This document shows, piece after piece, positions 13,290 to 25,233 of a DNA stretch of 64,000 bases. Source of the stretch: Phoronis australis (lineage: Eukaryota > Animalia > Phoronida); NCBI GenBank assembly GCA_002633005.1, contig NMRA01000133.1:6380-70379 (forward strand), written 5' to 3'. A program made the translations under genes and the position numbers. Each line of letters opens with the position of its first letter. Within the stretch, counting starts at the first letter, position 1. The notes under the pieces are model-generated. The model ran no database searches. It had not been told where the DNA came from and saw only the letters and a program-made list of their open reading frames with translations.

Positions 13290-13411
13290 TGTCGCATATG
13301 CGATATTTAACGTCACGTTCATGATGACGCGTTCTAGCAGAACGCTCTCTGATTTGGAATGTTATAGTTGTAGTTGAATATTAGTGGAGTATATTTATTA
13401 ATGTCTTTTAT
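13290..13411 (+). repeat. Extra 3'-truncated LTR copy preceded by PPT aagaggggaga
   Basis: Same sequence as the 5' LTR but lacking the last ~11 nt; part of the 12730-13411 / 13757-14462 duplication. Confidence 0.88.
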
Positions 13412-13488
13412 ACCACAATGTTAGTGTCAAATGGCAGATACAACCGTGTAATAACCCATAAAGTTATCTCACTAGTGAGATAACGATT

Positions 13489-13571
13489 TGGCGGGAAACC
13501 GAGGACGGAGTCGAACCCGGGACCTTGAGTTTGCTGGTCGCCGACCTTAACCACTACACCACGCAGCGGCT
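13489..13571 (-). repeat. tRNA-derived repeat head (Pol III A and B boxes)
   Basis: Minus strand: TGGTGTAGTGG (A box) ... GGTTCGACTCC (B box); no clean cloverleaf; related copies at 23898-23960 and 48241-48315. Confidence 0.65.
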
Positions 13572-14328
13572 GACGTCATCAAGAGTGAAAATAGAATACT
13601 TAAATGAGCNGACATTCGTTCATAGGGCATACAAATTCATAAACAACACTACACTGTGCAACGGGGCGGACTTTCGCTTTAGAAATGTTATTTTTCATGA
13701 CCAAGTTGGAAGACTTCCTATTCCGATAATAAATAATAACATCAAGGTAATCATCATACATGTTGGATACAGCTCTTTCTGCCGAATAGGCTGGTCAGCG
13801 TTCAGTCCTACACGCTGAAGCGAAGAACAAGTCGAGAAGCGATCCCTGTCCGTTAGAGGAAAGTCAAACCGTGTCATTCCTCAAGAACCCCTCAGATCGG
13901 CCTAATAAGTGTTCACGCGGGGTTGTGACATCTGTTGATGGGGAAAGGTCATACACGGTCCTAGACAGTCAGACTGGAGGAGAATATCAAAGATATAGGG
14001 TGCACATAAAGCCAGTGTCAGAGGTCCCGTTGCAAGATGCCCTAGAGGAGCCTAGGGAGACGACTAGAACATCTAGCAATCGCGACAACAAAGCTATGCC
14101 TGTTGCTAAACCTTCAGCAGATGTTCCGTTACAGGACTCCGCAGAGGAGACGTGGGACACCGCTAGAGCACTTGATAATCGCGACAACGAAGTCACACCT
14201 CTTGCTGAACCCTAAGCCCGTCCTAGGCGAGAGATTAGACTTCCTGAGCGTTACAAGAATTTTGTTCTTAGTTAGAAATACTTGGACGTAGTTCGTTAGT
14301 TTTCTAGTTGTTTTGTTAAGAGGGGAGA

Positions 14329-14462
14329 TGTCGCATATGCGATATTTAACATCACGTTCATGATGACGCGTTCTAGCAGAACGCTCTCTGATTTTGAATG
14401 TTATGTTTGTAGTTGAATATGAGTGGAATATACTTATTAATGTGTTTTATCTTAATTCTACG
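14329..14462 (+). repeat. 3' LTR preceded by polypurine tract
   Basis: aagaggggaga|tgtcgcatatg...cttaattctacg, followed by TSD-like accgg. Confidence 0.9.
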
Positions 14463-16306
14463 ACCGGCTTTTCTGTGATTATTAAGAGGATGCAATCGCA
14501 CGTGGTTTTGGCGATTTTTGTACTGGTATCAAAGATGATTTGCTTCTATGTGCTAGCACTAAAGACCAGGGGCACACACAATAGTATCCTAAAGCGTTGG
14601 TTTTTGCTTTTTATACTTTGAGGTCAGATTCAGGATTCTAATGAGTGTTCACAAGACATGCAGTGCAAAAAACGGTTGCCAGACTGCCATGTTTTTCAAT
14701 GCAGCTGAATGTATATCTTGTAATTTTAGATAATAAAGACTGAAAAATCAATCATTGAATAGTGTATTATTGAATGAGATACTTATAAAACATAAACAAG
14801 AACACATCCACATTAACTTCAATGAAGACTGGGCTTTTATAGCACATTGAAACTAAGCTTTGCTGACCTCCATATTGTGATGACACAAATTACTTATGAG
14901 ACGACTATGGATTAAGCTTAATCTCACCAATAGGGGGCACTCCTGAAGCAAAAGAAGAACTGCTGCAAAGATGCCCACTCCAGCCAAAGGATCAAAGGTG
15001 GGACTCTATGAATAATGACTATTGCACACTACTGACGCCAGTAATAACATTTAAAGAAACACTGTACAAAATATAAATTATTAACACATGTATATACAGA
15101 GCATGACAACAGAAAGTAAGCAAGTATTTTACATTTCAGTTGCAGAATACAAAAGAGAGTGTTTGCAGGTGGGTAAAGAAAATGCTAGTGTTTTTCATGC
15201 TTTCCAATGGTCAAAGAATATTCTTCAAAGCACTGCATTCAACAGAGGGAGACCAAACCGACATTGTTGGCATGTCATAGTTGCAAAGATATTGTAATTT
15301 CAATCTGGGACTCTTAGTATTTTCCTGAGTAGATTGTTGTCTATTTCCAAGATTCAGCTCAAATGATCCCCATCTGGCGTTTGGTCGCTAGTTATGGACT
15401 ATTTCTGGTGGCTGTGCGTGAAGTTTAGGGACCTCAGATTGGAGTTTAGGATGTCGAGGTAGGAATTTAGAGGCCCCAATCAAGATTGTGCAACACATGG
15501 TTTATTACCTTGACAACCTAACACTGCAACTCATATTCTGCCAAGAGACGATGAGTATTGTGATTGGCCAGTACGTATGCAAATGAGTCAAAACAGTAAC
15601 CAATCGGGACATACAGCATAATGATTGATGCTATGAATTGTTCATACCAGGACTGCATTCTGGTGGCATTAGTTAAATAACACCACACACTGACATAACG
15701 CAACTGACTATTATATTTAATGACCACTAAAGTGACAATGTCTATTAAATCTTTGAAACAGATCATGCTTCGTCCTCACCAACTTGCATGAGTTTGACAC
15801 AATATAAAAAACTTGCTAATCAAAAGTTTGTTCTGACAGTGGAAAGGCCTCTCCTAACGGATGATATGCTTGAGAAAACCTTTTCACTGAAAATCAACAC
15901 CGATCCAGTGTTTTACTGCAACACTCATAATCACTGTCTGACAATATGTTAATTAGCATATGTTGAGTCATAACAGTTTACTATGCTTCTGTGATGCACA
16001 AAAGATTGCAACCAATCACATGAAAGTTATCCCACATAAAATATTGAATTTTCTGACAGAGGGAGCTGAATTCACAATGACAACAGAAATAAGCAGTGCT
16101 ACTCACAAATACTTCAAAATAATGTTCCAGGTGATAACATGGGAAATGGCATTAATAGACACTTGACACTTGAATAATTAACACGCCAAATTGAGAGATT
16201 AATTCTCATTTTTAAGTTTCAATTATCCTGTTCCTGTTCAATTCACGTTTAGTGCAGAACCATTTTTTGCTACCTCTTCATTTGTTTTTCAATTGTCCCT
16301 GCAAAA

Positions 16307-16436
16307 TCACTGTGTAGGCGGCGCTATTCTCAGAACAAGGGTGATGACCTTCTGCGTCAGATTTCTCACAATGCCAGGACAAGATGGCTGCTCAATCAAA
16401 TGCTCGGCTGTGACTCGCAACTCGTAGAACAGTTGC
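16307..16436 (-). CDS. TMEM33: TMEM33 coding exon 7 (last)
   Basis: ttcag|G CAA CTG...: QLFYELRVTAEHLIEQPSCPGIVRNLTQKVITLVLRIAPPTQ*; resembles the recalled human C-terminus TLFNELRIVVEHIIMKPACP. Confidence 0.93.
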
Positions 16437-16484
16437 CTGAATACAAAACAAATGCTCATGATTAGCTACTGAAGGATAGCTGGC

Positions 16485-16588
16485 AATAGTCACTAACAGG
16501 GTCCCGGATTTTGAGAACCAGTTTCATACCTATTTACTCATTGGAGAAAACTGGTTCTCAAAATGTGGGGCACCTGAAAGTGACCATT
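16485..16588. mobile_element. ~100-bp hairpin/foldback MITE in the last TMEM33 intron
   Basis: aatagtcact..cagg...attttgagaaccagttt / aaactggttctcaaaat...cctg..agtgaccatt inverted arms. Confidence 0.7.
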
Positions 16589-17006
16589 ACTAAATTGCAA
16601 ATCTAACATGGATATTAATGACGTTTTTGAAAACCAGTTTTGATTCATATTTTGTGACGAAGCCCTTTATTTCATTTTTTAACATGGGAGTTACAATTTC
16701 TGATAACATATGACATCACCGTCCGAATGGAGTGCATTGATAGCTTCAACCAGAAAATTCCGATTTCAGTTTAACCTAGTTTGCACTTTGTAGGACTTAC
16801 AACTTTTTGTGAAATACCATGTTGCGACCATATCACGCAGTACTTTGAGATCCAACGTCATCATGGAAAACTGAGAAATAAATAAAGTTTAACTGCTGCA
16901 CTAACAACCTTTCATTTGATGAATTAAAATATCTACGTGACAAAATTATTTTTATAATATCGTTACAGTTAACTTTTTCCAGATAAGGGTGGTGTTAACT
17001 ACATAC

Positions 17007-17090
17007 TTGCAATAAGGATTCCTTCTCGAAGTGTATCGAAAGATCAAGAAACGGTGGTACATGAATGGAAGGAATAGACTGCCCCGTCCC
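17007..17090 (-). CDS. TMEM33: TMEM33 coding exon 6
   Basis: tttcag|...GRGSLFLPFMYHRFLIFRYTSRRNPYC(K)|gtatgt; conserved RYxSRRNPYC motif; phase 2/2. Confidence 0.95.
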
Positions 17091-17154
17091 CTGAAAAGTG
17101 AAGAACTCGTATAACAGCACAAATATTCAACATTTCAGGTACAGAGATACTTAA

Positions 17155-18132
17155 AGCTGCGTTTTGCCATGTTTGGCTGGTTAAAAAACAAAAATCAAGT
17201 TAGGCCTTTTATTCTGATAAAATCGGGTCTATTAGTATTCCGCACTATGACACAGTTCTAAATTCGTAGCCAACGAGAACACAGAAACCATCGGCGACTC
17301 GAGAAAAAACGCTTCAGAGTTTTACTGGGGTTGGCAAACCCTAAAATTGCAAAATTCAAAAACGGCACATTGCCTGCGATTTGAATTACAAACAAAAATG
17401 GAATCTTATCACAGTAAGGAATGTTATGAGACCTACGTTACGGGAGTAAAAAGGCCCAATTTGATTTTCATTTTTAACCAACTTAAGGTTATCTCAAACC
17501 TTAATGAATGGCCTCAAATCTAACTCGTATATCAAAAAAGGGGCTTCGTAAACTAGTAAAAGTGTATTATATTTTCTGAAAGAAAAAAGACCAGGAATTA
17601 TCAAAATATACTTCATATTTATGAGCCGTTATTATTATTATTATTACATAAATACCTTTTTAAGTCAAATTTTCATTTTCAAGAAGGGTACATTCATAGC
17701 AAAATAACGCCTCGGTCTTTTTAATGAAACCTTTGTTAAATGAAAACTTCAGCAGTTACCTCAAAAATGATGTGAGGAATTTTCGTTAAGTCTCTTAGTT
17801 TAGTTTCTATGACAAATCAGCTCGTAAAATGTGAAGTATTTCTTTAAAAAATAGCAGTGTCGTATTTGTCTTTGTTACATTACGCAAAACTAAGCCTTTA
17901 TATTGAAAATCCTGATATTTTTGAGATTGATGAATAAATATTAAGTTTGGAAAGTTTCAGAGAAATCCACTGAGCTGTTTTCGAGAACTCGTGTTCGTGA
18001 GTTCAAATTAAGTTGTATTTGAAGTTCCCCTAAAATGAAGATAAGTTATTTTGCTAGACCGGAAATATTGTAAAAAATGGCCAATTTTTACGAATAAGGT
18101 TTGAGATATCATTAACTGGAGGAAATGCAGCT
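17155..18132. mobile_element. TTAA-targeting MITE (Kolobok/piggyBac-like) with a second TTAA element (17487-18111) nested in its right TIR
   Basis: Outer left arm ttaa|agctgcgttttgcca...ggttaaaaaacaaaaatcaagttaggcctttt mirrors aaaaggcccaatttgattttcatttttaacc[...]tggaggaaatgcagct. Inner TIRs ggttatctcaaacctta / taaggtttgagatatca are flanked by TTAA at 17483-86 and 18112-15. Confidence 0.75.
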
Positions 18133-18655
18133 TCAGCAAAGTTATGGAAAGGCTTTGCTACGTTTGAAAACTAATATCACTGGTAAGTTGTATTATTACT
18201 GAATAGTTACACAAGGTAGTTGTAACAGTGGTTCAAAGAGAACGACCGGATGGATGTCGAAAGGCATTAGCCCAATCCCAAGATACCACACAATACATTC
18301 AAAATAGCCATGTCCCGAAATATCACACCATTAAGCAAGACTTACCCACAATGCTGAGCACAAGCAGGGCACACGTCTCACAGGCGTACACTACTGCCAT
18401 GATAATTTAAATTATAATTGGCGTATATTTGCTTTTTGAGTTTTTTAAAATACTTTTTATTGAGAATATCAAACATACACAGTATACACTGGTTGTCATT
18501 CATCCATTCACAGCCTCACACACATACATGTATTAACTTTACAACGTGAATGTTATGACACAAATATTACACTTGGTTAGCTGCTAAGCTTTTTTGCTAA
18601 GCTGTGTATGCGCTTATTAAATGACTAAAAGTCAAAATACAGCAAGGAAACTCAC

Positions 18656-18789
18656 ATGATGATGAGAATGACTGTAACAGGCATCAGGAATATCTCGTTG
18701 CAAGCTATAAATCTCAGCATGTTTCGCTGTTGAGTCTCAACCTTGGTAATCAGATTACGACCAAGTGTGAATGAGTTGGGAGCAATTTG
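18656..18789 (-). CDS. TMEM33: TMEM33 coding exon 5
   Basis: tttcag|QIAPNSFTLGRNLITKVETQQRNMLRFIACNEIFLMPVTVILII|gtgagt; FIACNEIFLMP motif; phase 0/2. Confidence 0.95.
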
Positions 18790-19386
18790 CTGAAAACAAA
18801 GAATCAAAAGATATAATTGAGAAAACAGAAAATTTCATCATTGAAATGTAAATCCCTGACTCAGAGATGTCACATTTATGATTTTTGCATTTCAAACCAC
18901 AGAATTCTGTCAGTAGATGGCTAGTTGCGTGACCCGAAATAGAACTGTGCAGGATATTAGGAGAATTGGAGCCACCGTCATTAATCTCAATTAATATTGG
19001 ATTTCTTGGTTTAAATATTCTTTCACCAAAATTTTTGAATGGCATGCCAGAATCATCAGGGCAAAATCTCTAAGTGATTCATACTTTACTCCACACCTTC
19101 GGAGACCACAAAACAAAATGATGACTGCACATGGTCCAAAACCTGGCTCTTCATTCACACAATAAGAATCAGAGAAACATCGTTGCAACATTGTAGTTTA
19201 TGAAAAGCGAACAATTGTATATCAACTTTTTTCTGCTTCTTTTTTACACGTTAGAGGAAACAATGAAAAACACCAACATGAAGCAGTAAATTTTAAGAGC
19301 AAACACTGGTACAATTTTGCGAGACATTTTTGTAGAGTACGGCTAAGATACGAGAAATGCTTCAATCCCACACAAGTAATACTTAC

Positions 19387-19454
19387 ATCCAGAAGCTTTT
19401 TACTAAAACTAGTGGCGTGCAACAACGCAAAGAGAAATACCGGTGTAACCACCA
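19387..19454 (-). CDS. TMEM33: TMEM33 coding exon 4
   Basis: cccag|(M)VVTPVFLFALLHATSFSKKLLD|gtaagt; phase 1/0. Confidence 0.93.
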
Positions 19455-20687
19455 CTGGGAGGTCATTAAGGACAAACAGATGGTTTAAAGTCGAAAGATT
19501 AAAATGAAAGCAGATTTTGTCAATAGTTGCATTAAATACATACAATAAGTATTCCTAATTTTACAGACACTATAGGCTGCTAAATGTGGCTTTAAAATAA
19601 TTAGGTAATATGTTAAAAAACATTGTAAGTTCCAAGATACCGGCAACCAGTATTTTTCACATTCATAAATCATACCACAAATCTGTACAATCTTTGTTGA
19701 TATACAGGTGTATATTTACACATAAATCCTGATTAAAGTTAGTAAATAAAAAATTGAACAACCCAACCTAAACCTCCATCACTCGTAAATACTCCTGATT
19801 ACAATAAATCCCTGGGTGTTTATTGATTTCACACGTGCTCCAGACCAGCAACCCGCATTTATCAGAGACCCAGTGCTTCTCAGTTAGACTGCGACAAAAT
19901 GAAAGCTGCAAAAAGTGGTAAAAATCCTCTATGCTAAATGTCCACTCAAAGAATCAACTAGTATTAAAGACCCAGCTAACTGTTTGAATTGGGATATCCA
20001 GCTTCACTAACTTCAGCGGAACCCGTCTCGGATTAAACAGTGACAATCGAATCTCGTATTTACCTACAATGGCGCATAAACATCCATCAGGCACATTTAC
20101 TGCCTCGGCAGGTTCAAAGTCGCTTAGGCAGCACTCAATAGCTTGTTTTTTGAGTCACGCTTGAATGTGGCACCTGGTCAGTGGCCAGTGTTGGTTTGGC
20201 TGGGCATTTTAAGTTTTGTGCTGCAAGGCTACACAATAGGGCCATTCCCAAATTACACAGCGACACTAAAATCTCGTAATGCCGGAAACATTCCGTCATG
20301 CACACCGTCTGCCTCGTTTTCGTGAGACTGAAGTTTCACATGTTATTTGTTGTTGTCTGATTCTTAACAAGTTTTTCTCGGTTGCATTACTCTATTCGTC
20401 CTTCCAATGTCAAAAAAGTATTACTGCTGTGCTGTGGGCTGCAACTCTGATGTGTGAAAGTTTGATAAACTGGACAAATACCTGTGGATGAGTGATCTGA
20501 TTCAGAAATTCTTCACCTTCCCGACATCAATGAGAGACATGAAAATGTGCCCTAGTTCCAAAACGAGGTTACGCGTTTTCTTATCTCCAGGTAAAAGGAG
20601 AGTTCTATCGCCGTGTAATCCGGGACGCCCCTATTGTACAAAGTAGACTGCTGGTCAATTCCAACTCTACGTTGAATCAAAGGATAC
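19455..20687 (-). other. U12-type (minor spliceosome) GT-AG intron of TMEM33
   Basis: 5' splice site GTATCCTTT (20687-20679); branch point TCCTTAAT (19472-19465) ending 10 nt before the exon; no polypyrimidine tract between them. Confidence 0.88.
20233..20637. mobile_element. ~400-bp MITE inside the U12 intron
   Basis: TIRs acaatagggccattcccaaattacacagcga / tcgccgtgtaatccgggacgcccctattgt. Confidence 0.7.
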
Positions 20688-20872
20688 TGGTAATTGGATG
20701 GCTATTGAGGAACATGATGGAGAAGAAGAGATAATGGCAGCTGTCTTCAAGAAGCATAAGCGAGAAGAACTCCCTCGTCATCTGGAAGTGCGGTAGACGC
20801 TGATGAAGTCGGAGGGCGCTAGTGGCAGCATTGCTCAGTAGCGCCTTCTGGTAGTGGCTGGATAAGTTTCCA
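20688..20872 (-). CDS. TMEM33: TMEM33 coding exon 3
   Basis: ttcag|GNLSSHYQKALLSNAATSALRLHQRLPHFQMTREFFSLMLLEDSCHYLFFSIMFLNSHPIT; diagnostic TSALRLHQRLP and LEDSCHYL motifs of TMEM33/Kr-h2/Pom33; phase 2/1. Confidence 0.97.
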
Positions 20873-21319
20873 CTGAAGAACAGCAAGTGTGACAAAATGA
20901 TGCATGTGTCAGACATCCAGTCATAGGAGAAATTACAGGTAACACTGGACTGGTATTTAAGCAACAGACATTGGAATTTTTGGCTAGGCATTTCACAAAC
21001 AACGGTCGAAAATTATAATTATCTAAGGATTAAATTAATATGAAGCAGAATTTTGCAACTTTTGAATTCTGGTGTTAAAGAGTGAGGATTTTGCTGCGAT
21101 GCATTCAATCCCAAGGGAGATATGACATGTGGTCATACACGGACACTGTAGGCCATTTGGCTCCAGTTTAACATACAGATTCCAAGACTTAACATGCCAA
21201 ATACCCCAGACAAAGACAGCCCACTGTGTATGTGACTAGTAGTTCCCTTCCTGGTTGAAATTTACACTAACATTAGTCAGAAGCTGTTTAAACACAAAAT
21301 GAAGACGTCAAAAAATTAC

Positions 21320-21414
21320 CCAAAGATGGGGAAGACGAACGCTACCGTGAATATAATCGTTGACATACGTGTGGCCCATAGAGCAGTCTCGATTTTATTT
21401 GCTGACATAAAGTT
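21320..21414 (-). CDS. TMEM33: TMEM33 coding exon 2
   Basis: tttcag|NFMSANKIETALWATRMSTIIFTVAFVFPIF(G)|gtaatt; resembles recalled human QFMMTNKLDTAMWLSR; phase 0/2. Confidence 0.93.
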
Positions 21415-21972
21415 CTGAAAAAATAGCAACATGGGCAAACGTTACAGCAAAACAAATTTCAAATTACAGTACAAGTTTTACACATACACTGCAAAAGAAT
21501 GTCTTTCAAAGAGGTAAAAACCATTAGCTGTTTTCTGATAAGGCAGCGACACAATCAAACAATCATTTCACTAGATGGCAATAAAGAAGTTGGTAGACAA
21601 TGTTCTGCATTCTTATATGAAGGTCTAATGCAGCGAAATTTCTCACCGACTTCAATAAATTCTTTAAAACCATCACACAGTCAAATTGCCAACTGTTGAG
21701 AGGTGAGATAATTATATGATTCATAAGAAAATGTCCAACGTTTCAAAATTTCCGTGTAAAAGAAATTGCATTACGTCTGCGTCAATTCAGATTGCCATGC
21801 CCATCAGAGGAGAAAATTGGTCAAGTGAGCGACCCTAAAATGATCTTTCAACAGAAATCACAACTGGAAACAAAACAGTTTTGATACAAGGTTACTCAAA
21901 CATATCACCCTTACAGCCAAATACCCAATAAAAATGTATGCCAGAGCCAAGTTCTATGTACACAACAGTTAC

Positions 21973-22077
21973 CACTAAACCTCCTTGTGGAGCTGCATTT
22001 TCCTGTTGTGCCTGGTTTGCACCTGACGACCCCTCCTGCCTGTCTCCATGGTCACCACTTCCGTCACTGTCGGCCAT
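21973..22077 (-). CDS. TMEM33: TMEM33 coding exon 1 (start codon)
   Basis: ATG GCC GAC: MADSDGSGDHGDRQEGSSGANQAQQENAAPQGGLV|gtaact; phase 0 fits exon 2; acceptor-like catag immediately upstream. The seven exons total 801 nt = 266 aa plus stop. Confidence 0.85.
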
Positions 22078-22739
22078 CCTATGATGTAAAATAAGATATT
22101 ACCTGTAAACAGAATTTCAGGAATTTGCTTTTGTTTGTGATTGCCATCTGATAAGTGTTAAAAAAAATCCAGAAAAATCCGGCAGTAATTTGGGAACTTA
22201 CAATAACTCTAGTTTGGCACAGGCATCAGTATGGTTCACCAACCTGCACGAAATTGAAGTGCACCAAATTACTTTGACGCATGCTTTAGTTTGAGTAGCA
22301 AGCCAGCTAGCTCTGTGAAGACTATCATCAAAATACAGCTAGGTACCACTGTGTGCTGAGCTCCGACAGACACCAAAATTGCACACAGCCTTGGTAGTTC
22401 TGCTGGTCACCTCGCTGTGAAAACAGTATCAGCGTGGCATGTGGTATGATGTCATATCCCTTAGCGTGTGCAGTGTGAAAATGGTGAGTTACCAATTTTG
22501 GGAACTGAACGAGGGACTGCTTGAAGAAAAAGTTTGATGATGGGAGTATTTGTTCGAGTTGGAAGGAATTAAATACATCGACGGCAGGGGCCTCCTAAGG
22601 TGTCCCTCTAAGCAGTGCCAGTAGGACAGTGATCACTGCCTACCTGTGAGGGCGCATGCAAAATCTAGGACTGAGTCAACTGATACTCACCTTGCCCATT
22701 ACAACCGTTTAAGTGAAAAACAATCTAATTTTACATTTT

Positions 22740-23040
22740 GAAACAAAGAAAGCATGTCGTCACGTTGAAAGCAGTAAGTTTGTGACACTCGAACGCGCCA
22801 ATTCCTAAATTTTTGCCACTCATCTAGGGAGACGATGACAACTTCGCAGTAACAAAATTTGTTGTTGCTGGTACCAAAATTCTAAAAACTTATAATGAAG
22901 AGCAACCAGTTTCGATGATTTGTTGTGACGTGTACACAACCTCGTGAAAGAACAACAGTTGATTGAAGAATCGGAAAAAAAGAAACTGGCGCCGGAAGTC
23001 AATGCAAAAGATGACTGGCCAAACTTTAGCAGCAGAATAA
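22740..23040. repeat. Dispersed repeat related to 680-1185
   Basis: Shared blocks listed for the 680-1185 feature. Confidence 0.7.
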
Positions 23041-23897
23041 CGGTAGAACACCAATTTTTCCAACAACAGTAAATAATTCAGTTTATTGAAGGAAGAGTGT
23101 AGTGTTTAATGACACTAATTTTGTCAGATTTTATCTGGTCAGTTTTTTATCCACATCGGCGCAAAGCTGTATATTTATAATTTAGTATTCAGTATACAGC
23201 TCTGTGAGAGGGCTACAGTTTGGGCTGCAATAGGGCCAGTCAGCTTTTGCACAAATGTTGAGGGTTGATGACACACTATATATCAACTGTATTCATGAAT
23301 TATTACTTACTGCAAGGACACAGTATGTTTGTATCCCGAATGTGAACAATATGCCATTTTGGCCTTGCGAAATTTTTGTAGTTTAAGTTTGTAGAATTTC
23401 GGTTAGTAGCACTAGTGCTAATTGTTCATTGTTAGACCTTAACTGACTCTTCAATAAAGATTATTACTGCTAGTGCTACTACTGCTATTCATCATTCAGT
23501 CCACAGGCGTCCTCAGCTTCTGATCATCCCCAATACACTACATATACTACAAGGTATGACACTCCCAACCAGAAATTCCATGGGTGCTTCAATTCAGCAG
23601 TCCATAGCAAACACAAAACTCAATAAATTTACACAAAACAGAAGTTCAACAAATCATGAGGAATTATTCTTTCTCCCAATACCATTTACGGTGTCCTGCT
23701 CCACCGAGTTCTCAAGAAATTCATAGTCAAAGCACAAAATCCCATGCATCAAGCCTCCTTGGACGGTTCGAGGCCAAGGACGGTACGGAATTATCCGATG
23801 AGTTACAGATGTACGGCAATTGCCGGTTCATCCCGGAAGGTTACAAATGGTCTGGCTTTGGGTGGAGTTATCAATGTCGTGACACTCCAGTGAAATC

Positions 23898-23960
23898 GTG
23901 GTGGTGCAGTGGTAAAGCACGCGCTCTCTATCCGCTAGGTTGTGAGTTCGAGTCTGTGGT
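23898..23960 (+). repeat. Degenerate tRNA-derived repeat
   Basis: A box tggtgcagtgg (23902-12) and B-box-like gagttcgagtct (23944-55). Confidence 0.5.
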
Positions 23961-25233
23961 GATCGCAGTTTGTCAACTTAGACACGTTCTCTGTTTTTTT
24001 TTGGCTTTGCCTCTTTTTTCTTGGATAATACCGTTGGAGGTCCTAAAGTTGTGAGTGCCCTAAAGTCGTGAACAATCGTATTTCCTCTTCTGCGCGAGCC
24101 CGCAACATCTAGCGTTTTAGTTTCCAGCGTTCGTCTGCTTACGAACGTCAAACGAATACCTGGACATGTTGATATTCACAACATGATAATAAACAGTGAG
24201 TGAGTGGCTTCTTTTTTCAAATGTATCTTAAAAATAGTTTATTTCACTAATCCACTTTTTGTGCATTTTCAGAATATATTTTCGAAAATATACATCATTC
24301 AGATTTGCTCAAACACGCGCTCCAGGGGAAGCTTGAACAATGTATCAAAATGTCCCAGGGTCGATCAAGTTTTGTAAAGTCAAAGCAATAAAATACAGAG
24401 ATATAATTGAAGCTGGTTTCTTAACGTTTTACGTAAACATCCTCATTGAAAACGTCTGTGCACATCGCAATTGGGTGCAGAACACCTAATAGTTTATTTC
24501 AATTGAAACTGAATTAATAAACAATGCAATGTGTTTTTATGTCGTCTAGAGTAACTGTAAGCACTGCAGTTGATTTGTGTGGCCTTACTTCGTGCATTTC
24601 CGTCTAAACGAAACGGTCATGACTTTAGGGCCTCATTCAAAATGGCCAGCGATATGAGCGACCGTTTCAAAACTCTGCTTACGGAGACAAACGTGGGTTA
24701 AAACTGGAAAAACACGTATATCTGTGAAGGCTGATACATGTCCATGACATCACATGAGCAGTTGCTAACGGACATTGGGTAGTAGTACAATCAGCTGCTT
24801 TTTATGCTTATATTCACGACTTTAGGTCACCGGAGTCTACTTCAGGAATCAAGGAAAATGCTTGATTTTTAGGAAAAAAATGAAAAATTTTCGGTGCTAT
24901 GCGCATCTACAATCGTGCATTACGCAAATGTTTACAGACAAAATGTTGGGCCCCCCTTGTGATATCCTAGATCCGCCACTGGCTGAGGACGCCTCTGATA
25001 GTCTGATTCAGTCACAGAATGAAAGATTGAATGATGAGGGATTAGGAAATCGAAGAATGGAAATTATGATTTTCGACGAAGTAGACACTCCCTCCTGAAT
25101 CTCATCTCACACATCCAATTAAGCTGGATATCATTCATATTGAGTTTTTTTCTTTGCAACCTGTAACCTGTAGGTCACTCTAAAAGAAGATACCTTTTTG
25201 TTACTAAAACCTCAAAATCAAGAAACCCTCAGA

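Larger units (their letters stand above)
8885..14462 (+). mobile_element. Near full-length decayed Ty3/Gypsy LTR retrotransposon (gag-PR-RT-RH-IN) with short LTRs
   Basis: 5' LTR 8885-9058 (TGT...ACA), PBS, gag zinc knuckles (CTKC...H...C; CNRCKQMNHFERCC), protease KIDTGAQVNLL, RT (LRVCLDP, TFNSPFGRYSYQRLPFGL, with the DD dyad deleted after YCIA), RNase H (ECDAS, YSNIERELLG, TDHQPL), integrase (LHRAHQG...FFWPGM), PPT, 3' LTR 14329-14462, and TSD-like acctg (8880-8884) / accgg (14463-14467). Gypsy domain order. Confidence 0.93.

Noticed and set aside
13489-13571. Functional tRNA gene
   Set aside because: A and B boxes are present, but acceptor and anticodon stems do not pair convincingly; treated as a repeat.
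18341-18410. Hydrophobic stretch ending in a GTAAGT donor inside TMEM33 intron 5
   Set aside because: TMEM33 is complete and in phase without it, and no good acceptor is visible.
23656-24054. 132-aa ATG ORF on the plus strand
   Set aside because: Runs through a tRNA-derived repeat, lies antisense within the probable TMEM33 5' intron, and has no recognisable motif.
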